A stretch of 64,000 bases of DNA from Vicugna vicugna (taxonomy: Eukaryota): NCBI GenBank assembly GCA_013265495.1, contig MU057776.1, forward strand, positions 1-64,000, read 5' to 3'. The notes under the pieces were generated by a model that worked only from the letters and a program-made list of their open reading frames with translations, was not told where the DNA came from and did not search any database. A program made the translations under genes and the position numbers. The stretch's first letter is position 1; every line of letters begins with the position of its first letter. Shown here piece by piece: positions 12,896 through 25,900 of this stretch.

Positions 12896-14764
12896 TCACG
12901 TCCTTGCCCTCGACAGGAGGTAGGAGAGGATGAAGAAGGCCACGATCAGGCCCACAGCCATACCGCACAGAAGCTTCCGGTTGTCTCGCCCAGACCGCGC
13001 CATTGTGGAAAAGCGCTTCACGCTCCCCGTAAGTAGACCCGTCATGCTCGTGAAATCCGAGTCCTGAGGAGGAATCCCAGGATGGTCACACAGGGCAGCG
13101 ATGCCACAACACACGCACACAGGTGGGGACCTGCACAGCAGGTGGTATGGGGCAGAGCTGACTGTGACACTCGCACAAACCGCAGACCCTTACCATGCCG
13201 TCCAGGTACCGGTTCTGGTCCTCTGCATCCCTATCAATGTCCAGGGCCAGCTGGTCAGGACACAGAGGAAACAGGGTCAGGCCAGGACAAACATAATGGA
13301 CAGCACCTGACCTCCCACAAAATCCACAGAAATCAGGAGATCCAGGTGTCACCTGGGCCTCACGCAGGTGAGTGCTGCCATAGATGGGACAAGAATGGAA
13401 CTACCTGAAACCCATCCAGGCCTGTACCCTCCCCCTGATCCCCGCTCCAGGGTGCCAGGTGGAGGTGAAAAGGACCACCACTGACCGATTTGAGCCTGGT
13501 GACCTTGGAGGCCAGGTTGTCGGCCATCCGCTTGTTCTCCCGGTCTAGAATCTCCTCCACAGCACCAGGGCTCTGAGCTGAGAGAAGAGAGAGGCTGAGA
13601 GCATGCATCTTCCCACAAGCACCCCTTGACCCCTGCACCTCGGCTCTTTGTGGCCTCAGGGCTCTCACTACAATCCTGTCTGGCCAAGGCATGTCCGGGG
13701 AGGACTGGGCTTTCCTGTGTGTTGAGCAGGTCTCACCAACACGCGGGTCCAACACATGGACTTTACACACAATGCAGGCCACATGAATTACAGTGTGTGT
13801 GAGCACCTGCCCAGTGTAGGTATCCAGGCTGGGATGGGTGGGCACCTCCAGAGGGCTCAGTCCAACTAGCACTTTCTGATGCTCTGTGGCAGAACCTTTA
13901 CCATCCCTCCATGGATGTCACCAGCGACATACAAGAGACCTGTTCTTAGAGAAAACCAGTAAAGTCTGGTAAGACTTTGGGAAGACTTAGTAATAGGGGT
14001 CGATCCCAAGAGCAGGACCTAGGTCTGCTCCCGTCTGCATTCCACATAGGGTCTTGTATGACACCCAGAGCAGGGTGCTTGCTGAGACCTGGCCCATGAC
14101 ACAGGCTGGGTCTGATGATTCAGGAGTACCATCCTATCAGGTGGGTGAGAACTACCTCTCCAAGCTCAGAGTACCTATCTGCCTCGGGCCAGATGCTTCA
14201 ACGTGACTCATCTAACAGGGACGCAGCCCTAGGAATCATGGACGTGTACACACTCCAAAACAAGAGCTGTCAGCGTCCTACCGACCGCTCGTATCCTTAA
14301 TGGTCACAAAAGCCCTGCGAGACAAGCATCAGAATCCCATTTCGCAGACGAAAACAGGGGCTCCCAGTCGGTAAATGGGGCAACTCGAGCCCCAGTCGGT
14401 ATGAGGCCTGCCTGGGCCCTCCCGACACGCGCAGCTCCCACTCCTCGGGGGCTACCCTCCGGGACCTGTCGACCAGGAGGCCATCTCGCAGGGGCGGAGG
14501 TGGTGGGGACTGCGGGATCAGGACCCCGCAGCTTCGCGGAGCAGCTGGGCGGGAGCGCCCTCAGAGCCGCAGCGACCCCTCCACGGAGCTGCCAGCTGCA
14601 GCCCGGCCCGCCCGGCCCGGGCTCCGCCCGCCCGCAGGGTCTCCCTGCCGAGGCCACCCAGCGGGGCGGTGGCGGGCGAGGGCGGCTCCTGCGGGGGGCG
14701 GTGTCGGTTCCGGCCGGCCCCGCCGCCACCTGCCTCCGCGCTCACCCCGAGCCCAGTCCGCCAT
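12896..14764 (-). CDS. BET1L: BET1-like Golgi SNARE (GS15), 111 aa, 4 coding exons
   Basis: Exons 14764-14746, 13577-13486, 13250-13194, 13063-12896 (336 nt). MADWARAQSPGAVEEILDRENKRMADNLASKVTRLKSLALDIDRDAEDQNRYLDGMDSDFTSMTGLLTGSVKRFSTMARSGRDNRKLLCGMAVGLIVAFFILSYLLSRART*: t-SNARE coiled coil plus C-terminal TM helix. Minus-strand AATAAA at 10707-10712 and 10723-10728 (~2.2-kb 3' UTR). Confidence 0.97.
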
Positions 14765-16560
14765 CGCGCCCAGCTCCGACCCCGGGGTCCGGCACCAGCT
14801 CGGGACAGCCTCCTCGGACGTGGCGCAGCCGCGGAAAGGTGCTTCCGGCCCCGCCCCTTCCTCCGCAGCCCCGGCTTCCGGCCGAGGTCCGGCTCGCGGG
14901 GGCGCGGCGCTGGGAACCCGCCGCTCGGCTTGGGGGCGGGACGGGCCGTTGGCTCATGGGACTGCCGGGTGGTTAGTGTCTTAGCTGGCAGTTTTGGTGC
15001 CGACAGACATTCCCACAGCCATTCCTGCCGAAGGCGGCGTCGGGTCCTGACTGGACAGAGCTCACGGGCCCTTTCCCAGGCGGGAGAGGCTCCAGGTCGC
15101 GCCCCTGCCCGGCTGCGGTGCGGTGAAGGCGCGGGCTCAGGACAAAGTGGCCATCGGTGCCTAGAACGAGCGGGCGCCGCAGAAGTTGCAGGGTGAAGCA
15201 CTCCGAAGGAAAAATGAGACCAGGAAGAGGGGTGGGAGCGTGGAGGAGTGGGGACGGTGGGAGCCGGTGCTTCTGGCCTTTGCACTCGCTCACTGACAAG
15301 ACGCCTGGCACAAAGCTGATGGACCAGTGGATGGACTGTATAAGTTCCCCACCCACCGTAATACAGCATTTGCTGTCTGTCATTTAGTCCTACTGGCAAA
15401 CAACTTAAATGGAAACTTTTATCATCTGTGCTTTTCAAAAGAGGAAACTGAGTCCAGGCCAGATCGTGTGTCTGCTTACACAGCGAGGAAGTCGCCGCAC
15501 ATGATCAGGGTCTGTTTCTCCCACCACAGCCATTCCCACCTCTGCACTAGCCGCTCCTTCTGCTTTGAATGACTTTCTCCCAGATCCTTTCCTGGCTCGC
15601 TTCTTATTGTCCGGTCTCAGCAAAAATGGCACTTCCCCAGACCCCTCTGAAGCCCATCAGGCCCCTTTTCTTCTTCAATCACAGCACTATGACTGCCTAA
15701 AGTCGTCTCATTCGCCTGTTTTTCTTTGTCTTCACCTCTGGAACATAAGCTTCACGAAGGCAGGGGCCTGTGGGTCCTGTTCACCCACATCCTGGCTCCT
15801 CGCATGCAGTAGGCACTCAAATGCCTGTTTAACAAATCAAGTGGTCCCGGGGCTGCTAAGTCCTTTCCACCCTGGCTTTCCCCGGGACATTTCATTCACT
15901 CTGTGCATCAAGGCGCTGTTGGTGTTCGTGTGTTGCAGGGGTAGGGGGCTGAGGTCCTCTCCTGCCGGGAATTCTGGCCCAAGAAGCGAGGGTCACTGCT
16001 CGGTTCAGGGGCGACTTGGGCCTTGAGGTCGGACGATCACCAAATAGGTTTTTGAAGCCCGAGCTGACTCCGTGGCAAAGCCTTCAAGCTTGCGGGAGGC
16101 TGCTCCAGGCCTCTCTACTGTAACGCGCGCGCAGTCCCGACCGCACCGCGCACGCCCTGGCCCCGCCCCTCGGCGCCGCGCACGCCCCGTCCCGGCCTCC
16201 CCGGCGTGCCGAGCTAGGGCGGGGCAGGCAGACGCGGGCCCGGAACTGTGGAGCGAGGCTCGTCCAGCTTTTCCGGCGCCAGGTCCCGGGGCCGCCATGG
16301 AGCCCCGGGAGGTTGCGGATGCCGTGGAGACGGGGGATGAGAACGTGATTTTGGAGGCTCTGCTCGCGTACAACCGGGAGGTGAGCGGGAGCTGTGGACG
16401 CGAGACGTGCAAGAAAGAGGTGGGGCCGGGTGGGGCCAGCGCGCGTGGCTGGCTTTGGCGGGGCGTGAGTGGTGAGCGTGGAAGGGAGCGCCGGTGGGGG
16501 AGGGGCGCTGACTCGGAGGCGTTGCTGGGTGACAGGTGTGTCGGGGTGGGGCGCAGTCTG
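14420..16560. promoter_or_regulatory. BET1L/RIC8A divergent promoter region with two CpG islands (~14420-15200 and ~16060-16560)
   Basis: CpG-dense, with GC boxes and ETS-like CTTCCGG motifs (~14840-14880). Divergent ATGs at 14764 (-) and 16297 (+). Confidence 0.8.
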
Positions 16561-19500
16561 TTCAGAGCCATGCCTGCGGCCTCATGCCCCTATCTGCGGA
16601 GCCGCGGTCCTGCACCGGTGAGTCTGTGCCTTCTGAGCCTCTGGGTCTCTTTGCAGAACTCCCAGAGCTTCACGTTTGATGATGCCCAACAGGAGGACAG
16701 GAAGGTGGGTCCTCACCGAGGGGTAAAGGGGCAGGGACGGGTGGCCCAGGTACAGGAGCCTGGTGGAACCGCTCTTCTCCCTGCCCACAGAGACTGGCGG
16801 ATCTGCTGGTCTCCGTCCTGGAGCAGGGCTTGCCACCGTGCCGCCGCGTCATCTGGTTGCAAAGCATCCGCATCCTGTCCAGGGACCGCAGCTGCCTGGA
16901 CTCTTTCACCAGCCGCCAGAGCCTGCAGGCACTTGCTTGCTATGCAGGCATCTCCGCCTCCAAGGAGTCGGAGCCCCTGGACATGGATGTCGTGCTCGAG
17001 TCCCTTAAGTGCCTGTGCAACCTCGTGCTAAGCAGCCCTGTGGCACAGGCGCTGGCTGCAGACGCCGGGCTAGTGGCGAAGCTTGCCGAGCGCGTGGGAC
17101 TGTGCCGCCAGAGCAGCTTCCCGCACGACGTCCAGTTCTTTGATTTGCGCCTCCTCTTCTTGCTAACGGCACTTCGCACCGACGTGCGCCACCAGCTGTT
17201 TCAGGAACTGCAGGGAGTGCACCTGCTGACGGAGGCGCTGGAGCTGACTCTGGGAATGACCCCCAAAGAGAGGCCCCCTGAGCTCCTCCCTACCCAGGAG
17301 ACTGAGCGGGCTATGGAGATCCTCAAAGTGCTCTTCAACATCACCTTCGACTCCATCAAGAAGGAAGTGGATGAGGTGAGGGCTGACCTCAAACTGTGGG
17401 TGGATCATAACAGCTTGGAGTTATCCTGGATTTGTTTCTCTGCCGAGTATCTTCAAATTTTCGGGTGTCCCACCAGGAGAAGGCAGGGAGATCCCCATAT
17501 TGGACAAGGGCCTCAAGAACGGTTTCTGAGCGAGTTGTAGGGCATAACTGGATCTTGCAGCCTGGTGGGAGGACTGTGGTGTCTGTGGGAGGTCGTCAAA
17601 GATTCCTCACTAGAGGCAATGAGCGTGGGGCTAGAAGCAGAGCGACTTCATCCCAGAGGGGTCTGTTGATGTTCTTAACCAAAAGAGTATTCTTAAGGTC
17701 ACCAGGAGAGGACGAGGAGCCAGGGGTACAGTAGAGGAGATGCGTAGTTAGTCCACGTGGTCCTGGAGTGGGCTGGCAGCAATGGGGGCGAATGGGGCTC
17801 TCTCTCACAGAAACCCCTTTCTCTTTGGTCAGGAAGACACTGCCCTTTACCGGCACCTGGGGACCCTTCTGCGGCACTGTGTGATGGTTGCTGCTGCTGG
17901 AGACCGCACAGAGGAGTTCCACGGGTGAGGGTGGTGCCTATCATGCTGCTGGGGAAGTCTGCTCACAAGTCTAGGTGGTGGTTCCCAGCCCTAAAGCGTC
18001 TTCATCTGTCTGGGTGGGACCAGACATCGGTGTGTTTCCAGGGACCTCCAACACTTACAATATGTGGTTAAGACAAGAGCTGTAAGTTTGGGGACAGCAA
18101 TGTGCTACTCAACCTTGTTAGAGGCAGCAGACGGTGGGGTATCTATAGAGCAATGTGATTATTCATATTTATTCTTGGTGACCTGTGTCTAGGCAGGTTC
18201 TGATTTTTGTTCATGATGCTTCCACCCAGATGTGTGGTAGGTGGGGCATCTGCAGAGAGTGCACCCAACAGTTCTGGTACCTAGTGCTGCTTCTCAGGCC
18301 CCTGGACACTGGCTCATGTCATATGTGACCCAGCAGGTGACAGTAAGGGTTGTACCTATGCTGGGGCATTGGACTCACCAAGCCCCCGTTTCCGTCTGTC
18401 CCTAGCCACACAGTGAACCTCCTAGGAAACCTGCCCCTCAAGTGTCTGGACGTCCTTCTCACCCTGGAGTCACACGAAGGCTCCTTGGAGTTCTTGGGAG
18501 TGAATATGGATGTGATTCGTGTCCTCCTCACCTTCCTGGAGAAGCGTTTGCACCAGGTGGGCAGGGGGACCTGCTGTGGCTCTGGCCCAGGCTTTCTCAA
18601 GCAGCTGTGGTCACTGCTTTTGCACAGTCCACACTGGTAAGTGGAGAGCAGCTCCCCAGTGTGATTCAGGGGGTGCCTTCAGCTGCTCCATGGTCTAGCA
18701 GGTAGGAAGGCAGATCCTCCTCCCTGAGAAGCATGCAGACCCTGCCACACACGGAAGCAAGTTTTCAGAATCTAGCAAAGAACTCATTTTTTAGATCTCT
18801 TTGTGGATGCTTTTGAGTGGTCCGGAGAAGCCTCCTGGCCCTTCCTTGTGATCCTAGACTCATATTGTCACTCTGCACAAGTAGACCTTGGTGGTAAGCA
18901 TCAGCTGTTCCTTGGCATCACTAAAGGGACCCACAGGATCCTCGAGCCAGAGACTCCCTGATTCCTGCAGCTGCACCACGGGACATCAGCTGGTCGGGGT
19001 TCCACCCAGCCCCTCTGTAATTCGCAGGCATCATACAGGCTGAAGGATGTGACAGCTCAGATTTAGTAGAGCCCGTGAGAATCCATGTTGCCCATAGCTG
19101 GCTTGTGTGCTGGTGGTTTGCTAACAGCTTTAAACACTTCCCCACAACTCTGGTTTATGGGTAGGGAAGTTAGACTCAAGGCAGTTGAGTCATTTGCCTC
19201 AAGTCACATGGCATGTGAATGGCCTCCTGACTTAGGGTCCATGCCTGTCCCTCTCAAGAGTTCACACAGACACCCACTGCTCACAGTTGGTCCCTCAGCT
19301 GACTAACCGTGGTGGGGCCTCTTCCTAAGTGCCTCCTGCCAGGACCACGTGGTGCATGAGCACCACATCCCCCACCCCCGGCCTGGCCTCAAGTCAGGTG
19401 GGGCACAGTCCCGGTGACAGAGGCTCCTCTGCAGACACACAGGCTGAAGGAGAGCGTCGCCCCTGTGCTGAGTGTGCTGACGGAGTGTGCCCGCATGCAC

Positions 19501-21051
19501 CGCCCTGCCAGGAAGTTCCTGAAGGCACAGGTATGTACAGGGCCGAAGGGCCATGGCTGGGCCCTGGTCAGAGACCCTGGCCATTCTAGGCCCAGGCTTA
19601 GGGACAGCTGCCTCCCCAGGTGCTGCCCCCACTGCGGGACGTGAGGACCCGGCCAGAGGTTGGGGAGCTCTTGCGGAACAAGCTGGTTCGCCTCATGACG
19701 CACCTGGACACCGACGTGAAGAGGGTGGCTGCTGAGTTCCTGTTTGTCCTGTGCTCTGAGAGTGGTGAGTGGGGGGACTGGCTTTCGCCTGCCCCCCTCC
19801 AGCCCCTCCCAAGCCACGTTTGCGCACTGACTTCTGCCCTGCCCCTCAGTGCCCCGATTCATCAAGTACACGGGCTACGGAAATGCCGCAGGCCTCCTGG
19901 CTGCTAGGGGCCTCATGGCCGGGGGCCGACCTGAGGGCCAGTACTCGGAGGACGAGGACACAGACACAGAGGAGTATAAGGAAGCCAAGGCCAGGTGTGT
20001 GCCCCCCATCCTCGGGCTCCCCTCACTCAGCCCCCATCCCTATTCCCTCACCCACCTGGACCCGCAGGGTGGATGGGACAGGGTGACAAATGGGTACGAC
20101 CTTTTGGGATGAAGCATCTGTCTCTAAACGACACTTACTCTGACATCAGGAAGTTCTGTTGAACACAGAGGCTGAAAGGGGCTGAGCAGTCTGCGGGACC
20201 AGGTGGTCCAAGTGGCAGGAACTGCTCCTGGAGGGAGGTCTTTTCTGCAGTTGCCTTGCCTCCCCACACCCAGGAAGATGGGTTTCTTGCCATTCCAGGG
20301 CCAAGCAGGAAGATGAGGCGCTCCCCCACCCCATGCAGCCTCCTCCTGTCCTAAAGAGTCTCTAATGCATTCCCCACACACCTCTCTTACAAAACAGCAT
20401 AAACCCAGTGACTGGAAGGGTAGAGGAAAAACCACCCAACCCCATGGAGGGCATGACAGAGGAGCAGAAGGAGCATGAGGCCATGAAGCTGGTGAACATG
20501 TTTGATAAGCTCTCCAGGTATGTGGCATGGAGGGGCCTAGGGCCATTACAGGGAGATGGACCCATGTCCTTTTTTGGGAGCCCTGGGAGGTGGGGTCAGA
20601 GGAGGGCTTACATTCTGGGAAGACTGCATTATCAATGTTTGAAATCACCTGTCGAGGAGGAAATCCCCTAGAGAAGGGTTAGGGTTGAGATCAGTATTGT
20701 GTCCATTTAACGGCTGATGAAAACTGAGGCCCAGAGGAATTAAGAGACTGCCTAAGGTCTCAAAGCTTAGGTAGCAGTTAGGATTCAGGCCTGATTAACA
20801 CAGTTCCCACCCAGCCTTCTCTAGTAAACAGGAGCAGCTTAGTGGAGCGAAAAATAGCAGCCAGGGGGTGCATAGGACCCCTGCACCCCAACCCAGGCCC
20901 CTTCCCCAGCCCTACGACCTTTCCCCACAGGCACAGAGTCATCCAGCCCATGGGGATGAGTCCCCAGGGCCAGCTCACATCCCTGCAGCATGCCATGTGT
21001 GAGACCATGGAGGGGCAGCTCTCCTCGGACCCTGACTCGGACCCCGACTGA
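16297..21051 (+). CDS. RIC8A: Synembryn-A, G-alpha chaperone/GEF RIC8A, 528 aa, 10 coding exons
   Basis: Exons 16297-16380, 16657-16704, 16791-17375, 17833-17924, 18406-18556, 19435-19530, 19620-19764, 19850-19994, 20398-20517, 20931-21051 (1587 nt, all GT-AG, phases consistent). [13 protein letters not shown]...[19 protein letters not shown]...[12 protein letters not shown]...INPVTGR...[15 protein letters not shown] at 21691-21696. Confidence 0.97.
16721..16790 (+). ncRNA. MIR6743: miR-6743-like 5'-tailed mirtron hairpin in RIC8A intron 2
   Basis: GGGCAGGGA (16729-16737) pairs perfectly with TCCCTGCCC (16778-16786), and the hairpin ends at the 3' splice site. It closely matches my recollection of human mir-6743, which lies in the same intron. 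Expression in this species is unknown. Confidence 0.6.
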
Positions 21052-22935
21052 GAATGGCCGCTCTTCTGCTCCCCTTCAGAACTGGTGCTGCTTCCAGAGG
21101 TGTCCTTGAGGCCCCAGGGAAGCCACATCGCTCCCTCCAACTTGGGGACCCCTTTCTCTTTACGCCCAAAGTTCTATCCATGATTCGCCTTTGGTCCGTT
21201 CTCTTCTCTCTAGGACTGCAAGACACTGCAAGGTCTTGTCCTGCTATAACTCGGGAAGCTCAGCCTTGATGTGCGCCTGAGGGCAGGGCTTAACTGAAGG
21301 CAGAATGAGCATGCATTTGGGAGGGCGAGGGCTGAGCATGGGCACTTGCAGATGCAGGCATGTCCACAGCTGGCCTGCTGGCCCAGAGCTGGTGTCGGGC
21401 AGGTGCCACGTTTGACAGGGGAAAGGACCTGCTGGAACTTCATGTGCTAATGTCAGAAACACGCTTCCAAGGTATGCGCTGCTGTTTTTGTCCCCATTGA
21501 GTGCAGGGCTGGTTGCCTCTTGCATCCTTGATCCTGACTCAGCACCCAAGTTTTCACTGGTTGTAGCAGTTGAATCTCAATCCTTCCCGTTGGCTTAGAC
21601 CATAAATACGTGAAGGAAAATGTCCCCTCTGAAACCATAAGTCTAGACTTCCATCATGTACCACCAAGCTTCACAGAAACATCATTCTGGAATAAAGAGT
21701 TCCAGACAAGAATGTGTGTGTGTGTGTGAATATACATGTAAAATATCAAGTATAGGCACAAGCAGAATTAAGAATTAACTTCGCTCTTAGAGTTCAGCAC
21801 TTTCCCCAGATGTCCACACTTGTGTTTTGTTCTTGAGGCGTCAGTTAAATATGCTCCAGGTGGGCTCCAGCCCAGACGTCCAGTGGGAAGAGAAGATGCC
21901 GGGAAGGTGGGAGCACCGGGGCAGGAGCCAGGGGTCAGGAAGGTTGCCTAGGAGGTACCACTTGAGCTGGGTCTTGGGACAGCCCCAGGGGGGTCCTGTA
22001 CAAAAGCAAGGAGCTCACAGCAGGTTCTGCCCCAACAACAGTGTGGCCTGAGCACAGCCAAGGCTTCCAAGGGAGTAAAGCCATCTGTCTTAGAGGTTAA
22101 TTCTAGTAGCATTATTGGTAGAAGGCCTTGCTGGGGAGAGTGGAGACAGGGAGACAGAATGCTGCTGGAATGGTCTGAAACAGGTGAATTTTGGGGGGAG
22201 AGGTTGATATGAAAGGCATCAGGGTAGAGAGGACAAGACAGGGTTACCCACAGTATGGGGTGCCGGGTGCTCCAAAGGGCCTGTGCACAACTCCGGGATG
22301 AATCCAGGGACAAATGTTCTCAGCCCTCGGGCTATCCCAGGAGAGGGGAGACACCCACACAGCCCCAGGCGCCCCTTTCCACATTCGCTGTCGACACCTG
22401 CATTCCCTTTGAGGAGGCAAAAGTGAAGACATGCCCAATTTTTATATTAAAATTTATTTCATGCCAGAAATGAAGGACAAACTAAACTGAAAAGAGCAAC
22501 ATGCTAGAAAACCCTAGCACACTACCTGGGACCCAGCCCCACACCTGGGGTGTGACCAGGGCTGCTCAGCCCAAGACTGGGTCTCTTCTAGTGGACAGAG
22601 TTTGCCCTTTAGATGAGGTCCAGTCTGGGGTTCCAGTCAGTCTGAGTTCAAGAGGTTCACCATCAGAAGAAAGCTTTTCAGCATTAAGAATTTCAGCAGA
22701 ATGAAAAGTTAAGCAGCAAAAAGTCAGATCAGGCAGCTCCTTCCCATCTGTGGCTGAGGTGGCCCCAAGTGCGCAGAGCTCATGACCTGGGCAGACCCTC
22801 CAGGGGCAGCCTCAGGTCGCATGTCCTAGTTTAGCCAAAATTTGTAAGCCTGTCCAAGCCGTTCTTCAGCCACGAATTCTCATCAGAAGTGGGCAGTGAC
22901 TCTCATGTAACCATTTCTGGTTGGGAGCAGCCCTC

Positions 22936-25900
22936 CTATGTGTCCCAACCATCAAGCTAGAACACAAAGGAGAGAGGAAATCAGTTACTGAAAACATAGC
23001 TGAGCAGATCTCAGGGCCTGCAATGGAACGTTCCATAAAACGGAAGCTCTTCTGTCTGTGCAAATGCTGCTGTTCAGCCAAGTTAAGACAACGCCGTCAG
23101 GACTGAGTAAAAATGGGTGGCTAGACGTAGGGCTTCATTTAGGAACCAGTACTGAGGTTCTCATGCCCAAGGACATTCACTGTCTGGAAGAGTGACCCAA
23201 CTGAGACTGCAGTTCACCCTGAGTGTTTACTCTTGGATAGCAACTCACAATAAACCCCCAAAATCATAACTCATTTCACACAAACTTCCGTGAAACTGGA
23301 AGATTTCACAGGTCAAATCCTATAGGACTACTTCTAAAAACTCTGTAGAGGCTACTTGACTTGGTCTTGCTGTTACACGGAGTAGGAAGTCAGCCAAGCT
23401 GCCAGGCAGACCTGACCAAGACCTCCACTGCCCTGCGAGCGAGGCCTCTGCTGCTGCTCCTCTCCCGGAGCGAAGTGTCAGCTGGACTCTGCTCCCACTA
23501 AGGGACCCAGAAGGCGACTGTGACCTTTGATGGCCTTCATGCCCCTCCACATAGTGAGAAACTGCACCCGCCTGCATCTTAGCCCTAAGAGCCAAACTCT
23601 AGGTTGGAAGGCAATGATGTCTAATACCATGAACCACAGAGTCCTATTCTTAAAAGCCTTGTATTCTCAATTTGGTTCAACTTGGTAAGAAATCAAGCTG
23701 TAGCCAGAGGCTGGGGGCTTTTGCCAGTGGAGGTGAGAAAAAGGGCTGACCCATGGCCCTGAGCCCTGAGGCAGTGACAGCCGAAGGGTGGAGGTTTCCC
23801 AAGGCCATAGAACATAAATTACAGCATTCTGGTGAGATCCACTTTGAGCAGTGTTAACACCTGGCTGTAATCATGAACCAATCTCTTTAAGACAACTAGA
23901 CTTCAAATGATTAATGCTGCCTCCTGTAGAGAATAACCCCCCACATCAAGGCTACCCGTGCTAACTGATTCTCAGAAGAAACTGCGTTTTCCATAACCTC
24001 ACTTGTTTATAGGAGGTTTAGCACCTAGAGAGGTCAAGGCTCTTTGGCTTTCTACCCTTAGAAGATGGGGATAAGTCAACTGCTCTCCCACTGATTATTT
24101 CCTAAAAGCATCAACCCACACAGGTTCAGAGAACTTCAGAGTCACGCCTCAGTCTGGAGCTGCTTGGTCCTCCTCTCGCTTAGGAGACGAAAGACAGCTG
24201 AAGGGTGACGTGTGCAGGAGACAGCCCTGTCTGCCCAGAGCCTCATGCCGACTCTGCCACTCAGAGCAGGCACACAGTGTCAGGTCTTCATCTCTAAACG
24301 GGATTAGTAAGAATTCCAGCACCTGATTCACAAGTACAAAGATGGCCCCAGACAGTGCCTGGTACAGCGTAACAGCAGCATTTCCTATCACCGTAACTGT
24401 TTTAGCCAGACAGGGCTCCATACCAGGTGGACCAGGCCCCACAGCAGAGAAGATGGCCCCTCCTGTGACTGCTCAGCCATCCGTACCTTTCCGGTTTCCC
24501 GCTGGATGAGGTCCCGCATCTCCTCCGTCCAGCCCAGAAGCTCCACCAGCCTTTTCACGCCATGAACCACATCCCCCAGCTGCACCACATCCCTGCTGTG
24601 AGGATGCCTAGCCAAGGACCCCACCAAGTCCCGGTTGATGAGCAGTCGGGGCACTGAGCTCCGTACGGCCTCAGACAAGCTGGCAAAAGGTTCCACCTGA
24701 AAAATCGCCCAAACGTGAGGAGCACAGTGCCCGCCCTCCCAGGCCCACAGGCCCCGCCCGCCACCTGAGGCCCCCCTCATCCATCTCCATCTTTCTCTTC
24801 TACATCTCCTGCCCCTGCGCGAGTCCCTGCAAAGTTTCATCTGCGCTCAGTGCCAGCAGTTACACCTCAGCTCACCTGTCCTCCCACCCACAATGTCTTC
24901 TCCCAGCTCACCGCCGGCATGACAAGACTCGTCTGCCTGGTCTCCCTCCCTGCGAGCAAGGACCTGGTCCCTCACAGGGGGCACCACTGAGAACAGGGCC
25001 TGGCACAGACCAAGCAGATTCACTAGAAAAACAGATAACTCTGGGCGTCTGGCTAGCTGGGGCCCTGAGTGCAGATCTTTCTAGCCCTTCTGCCCCCTTG
25101 GTGCCTATGTCTCAGGCACAGCCCATTGCAGGGATTCACTACATCCTTCAGAAACTTCCTGAGCTTCAGATCCAGATGCATCTCCCAGGCCCCTCAAACC
25201 CACATGTGCAAAACCGAACCTGGCGTCTCCCATCCAGATTCTTTCTCACCAGCAAATGCCCTGAACCCCCACAGGCAAGACAGACACCTCCCTCTAAGGT
25301 CCTCCAAGTGACATCAAGTCTGGCTGCTCCCCTCCCTAATATCTCTCACAGCCACACAGTCTGACCGTGCACCACCCCTGGACATCTGCTCACTTCAACC
25401 CCTGCTCCCTGAGTCTCTCTGACCCCAAGGATGATCACCTACACCCCTGGTTTCACTGCTTCCACATAAAGCCCGTCTCTTTGATACGTACAACATGCAA
25501 GGCCTGCTCCCACCTCACATCTCCAGGCCCCATCCTCTCACACACTGTGCCCACCCACACTTTGACACCTCCGAAGCTGCGCATCCTCCCCCCTCCCTGC
25601 TCTCCCACTCAGACTGCAGCGCCTGAGGCCTGGACACCCTGCTTCTTCACATGTTGAATCCACTCACCTGCCAAAGGCAGGGCCCCAGAGCTCCCACCAG
25701 CCCCACCTCTTCCACCTCGCCCCGTTAGCCTCCTCTCCACAGCTCTGTGCACCACTGGGCCTGCTGACCAACCTCCAGGGAGGTCCCGAGGATGAGCAGC
25801 AGGTCTGCCATGGGGAAGTCAGCCACATGCAGCAAGAACCTGTTGGGGAGCAGCTCCCCGAAGAACACGATGTCAGGCTTCACGATGCCGGTGCAGACCG

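Noticed and set aside
14518..15438. 306-aa minus-strand ORF and other long ORFs over the BET1L CpG island
   Set aside because: Stop-poor CpG-island sequence overlapping a promoter and exon 1; no recognisable homology.
16072..17031. 319-aa ORF at the RIC8A 5' end
   Set aside because: Read-through of RIC8A exons 1-2 and introns; explained by the spliced model.
25845..25870. SIRT3 FGELLP instead of human FGEPLP
   Set aside because: That position varies among sirtuins; catalytic and Zn-binding residues are intact.
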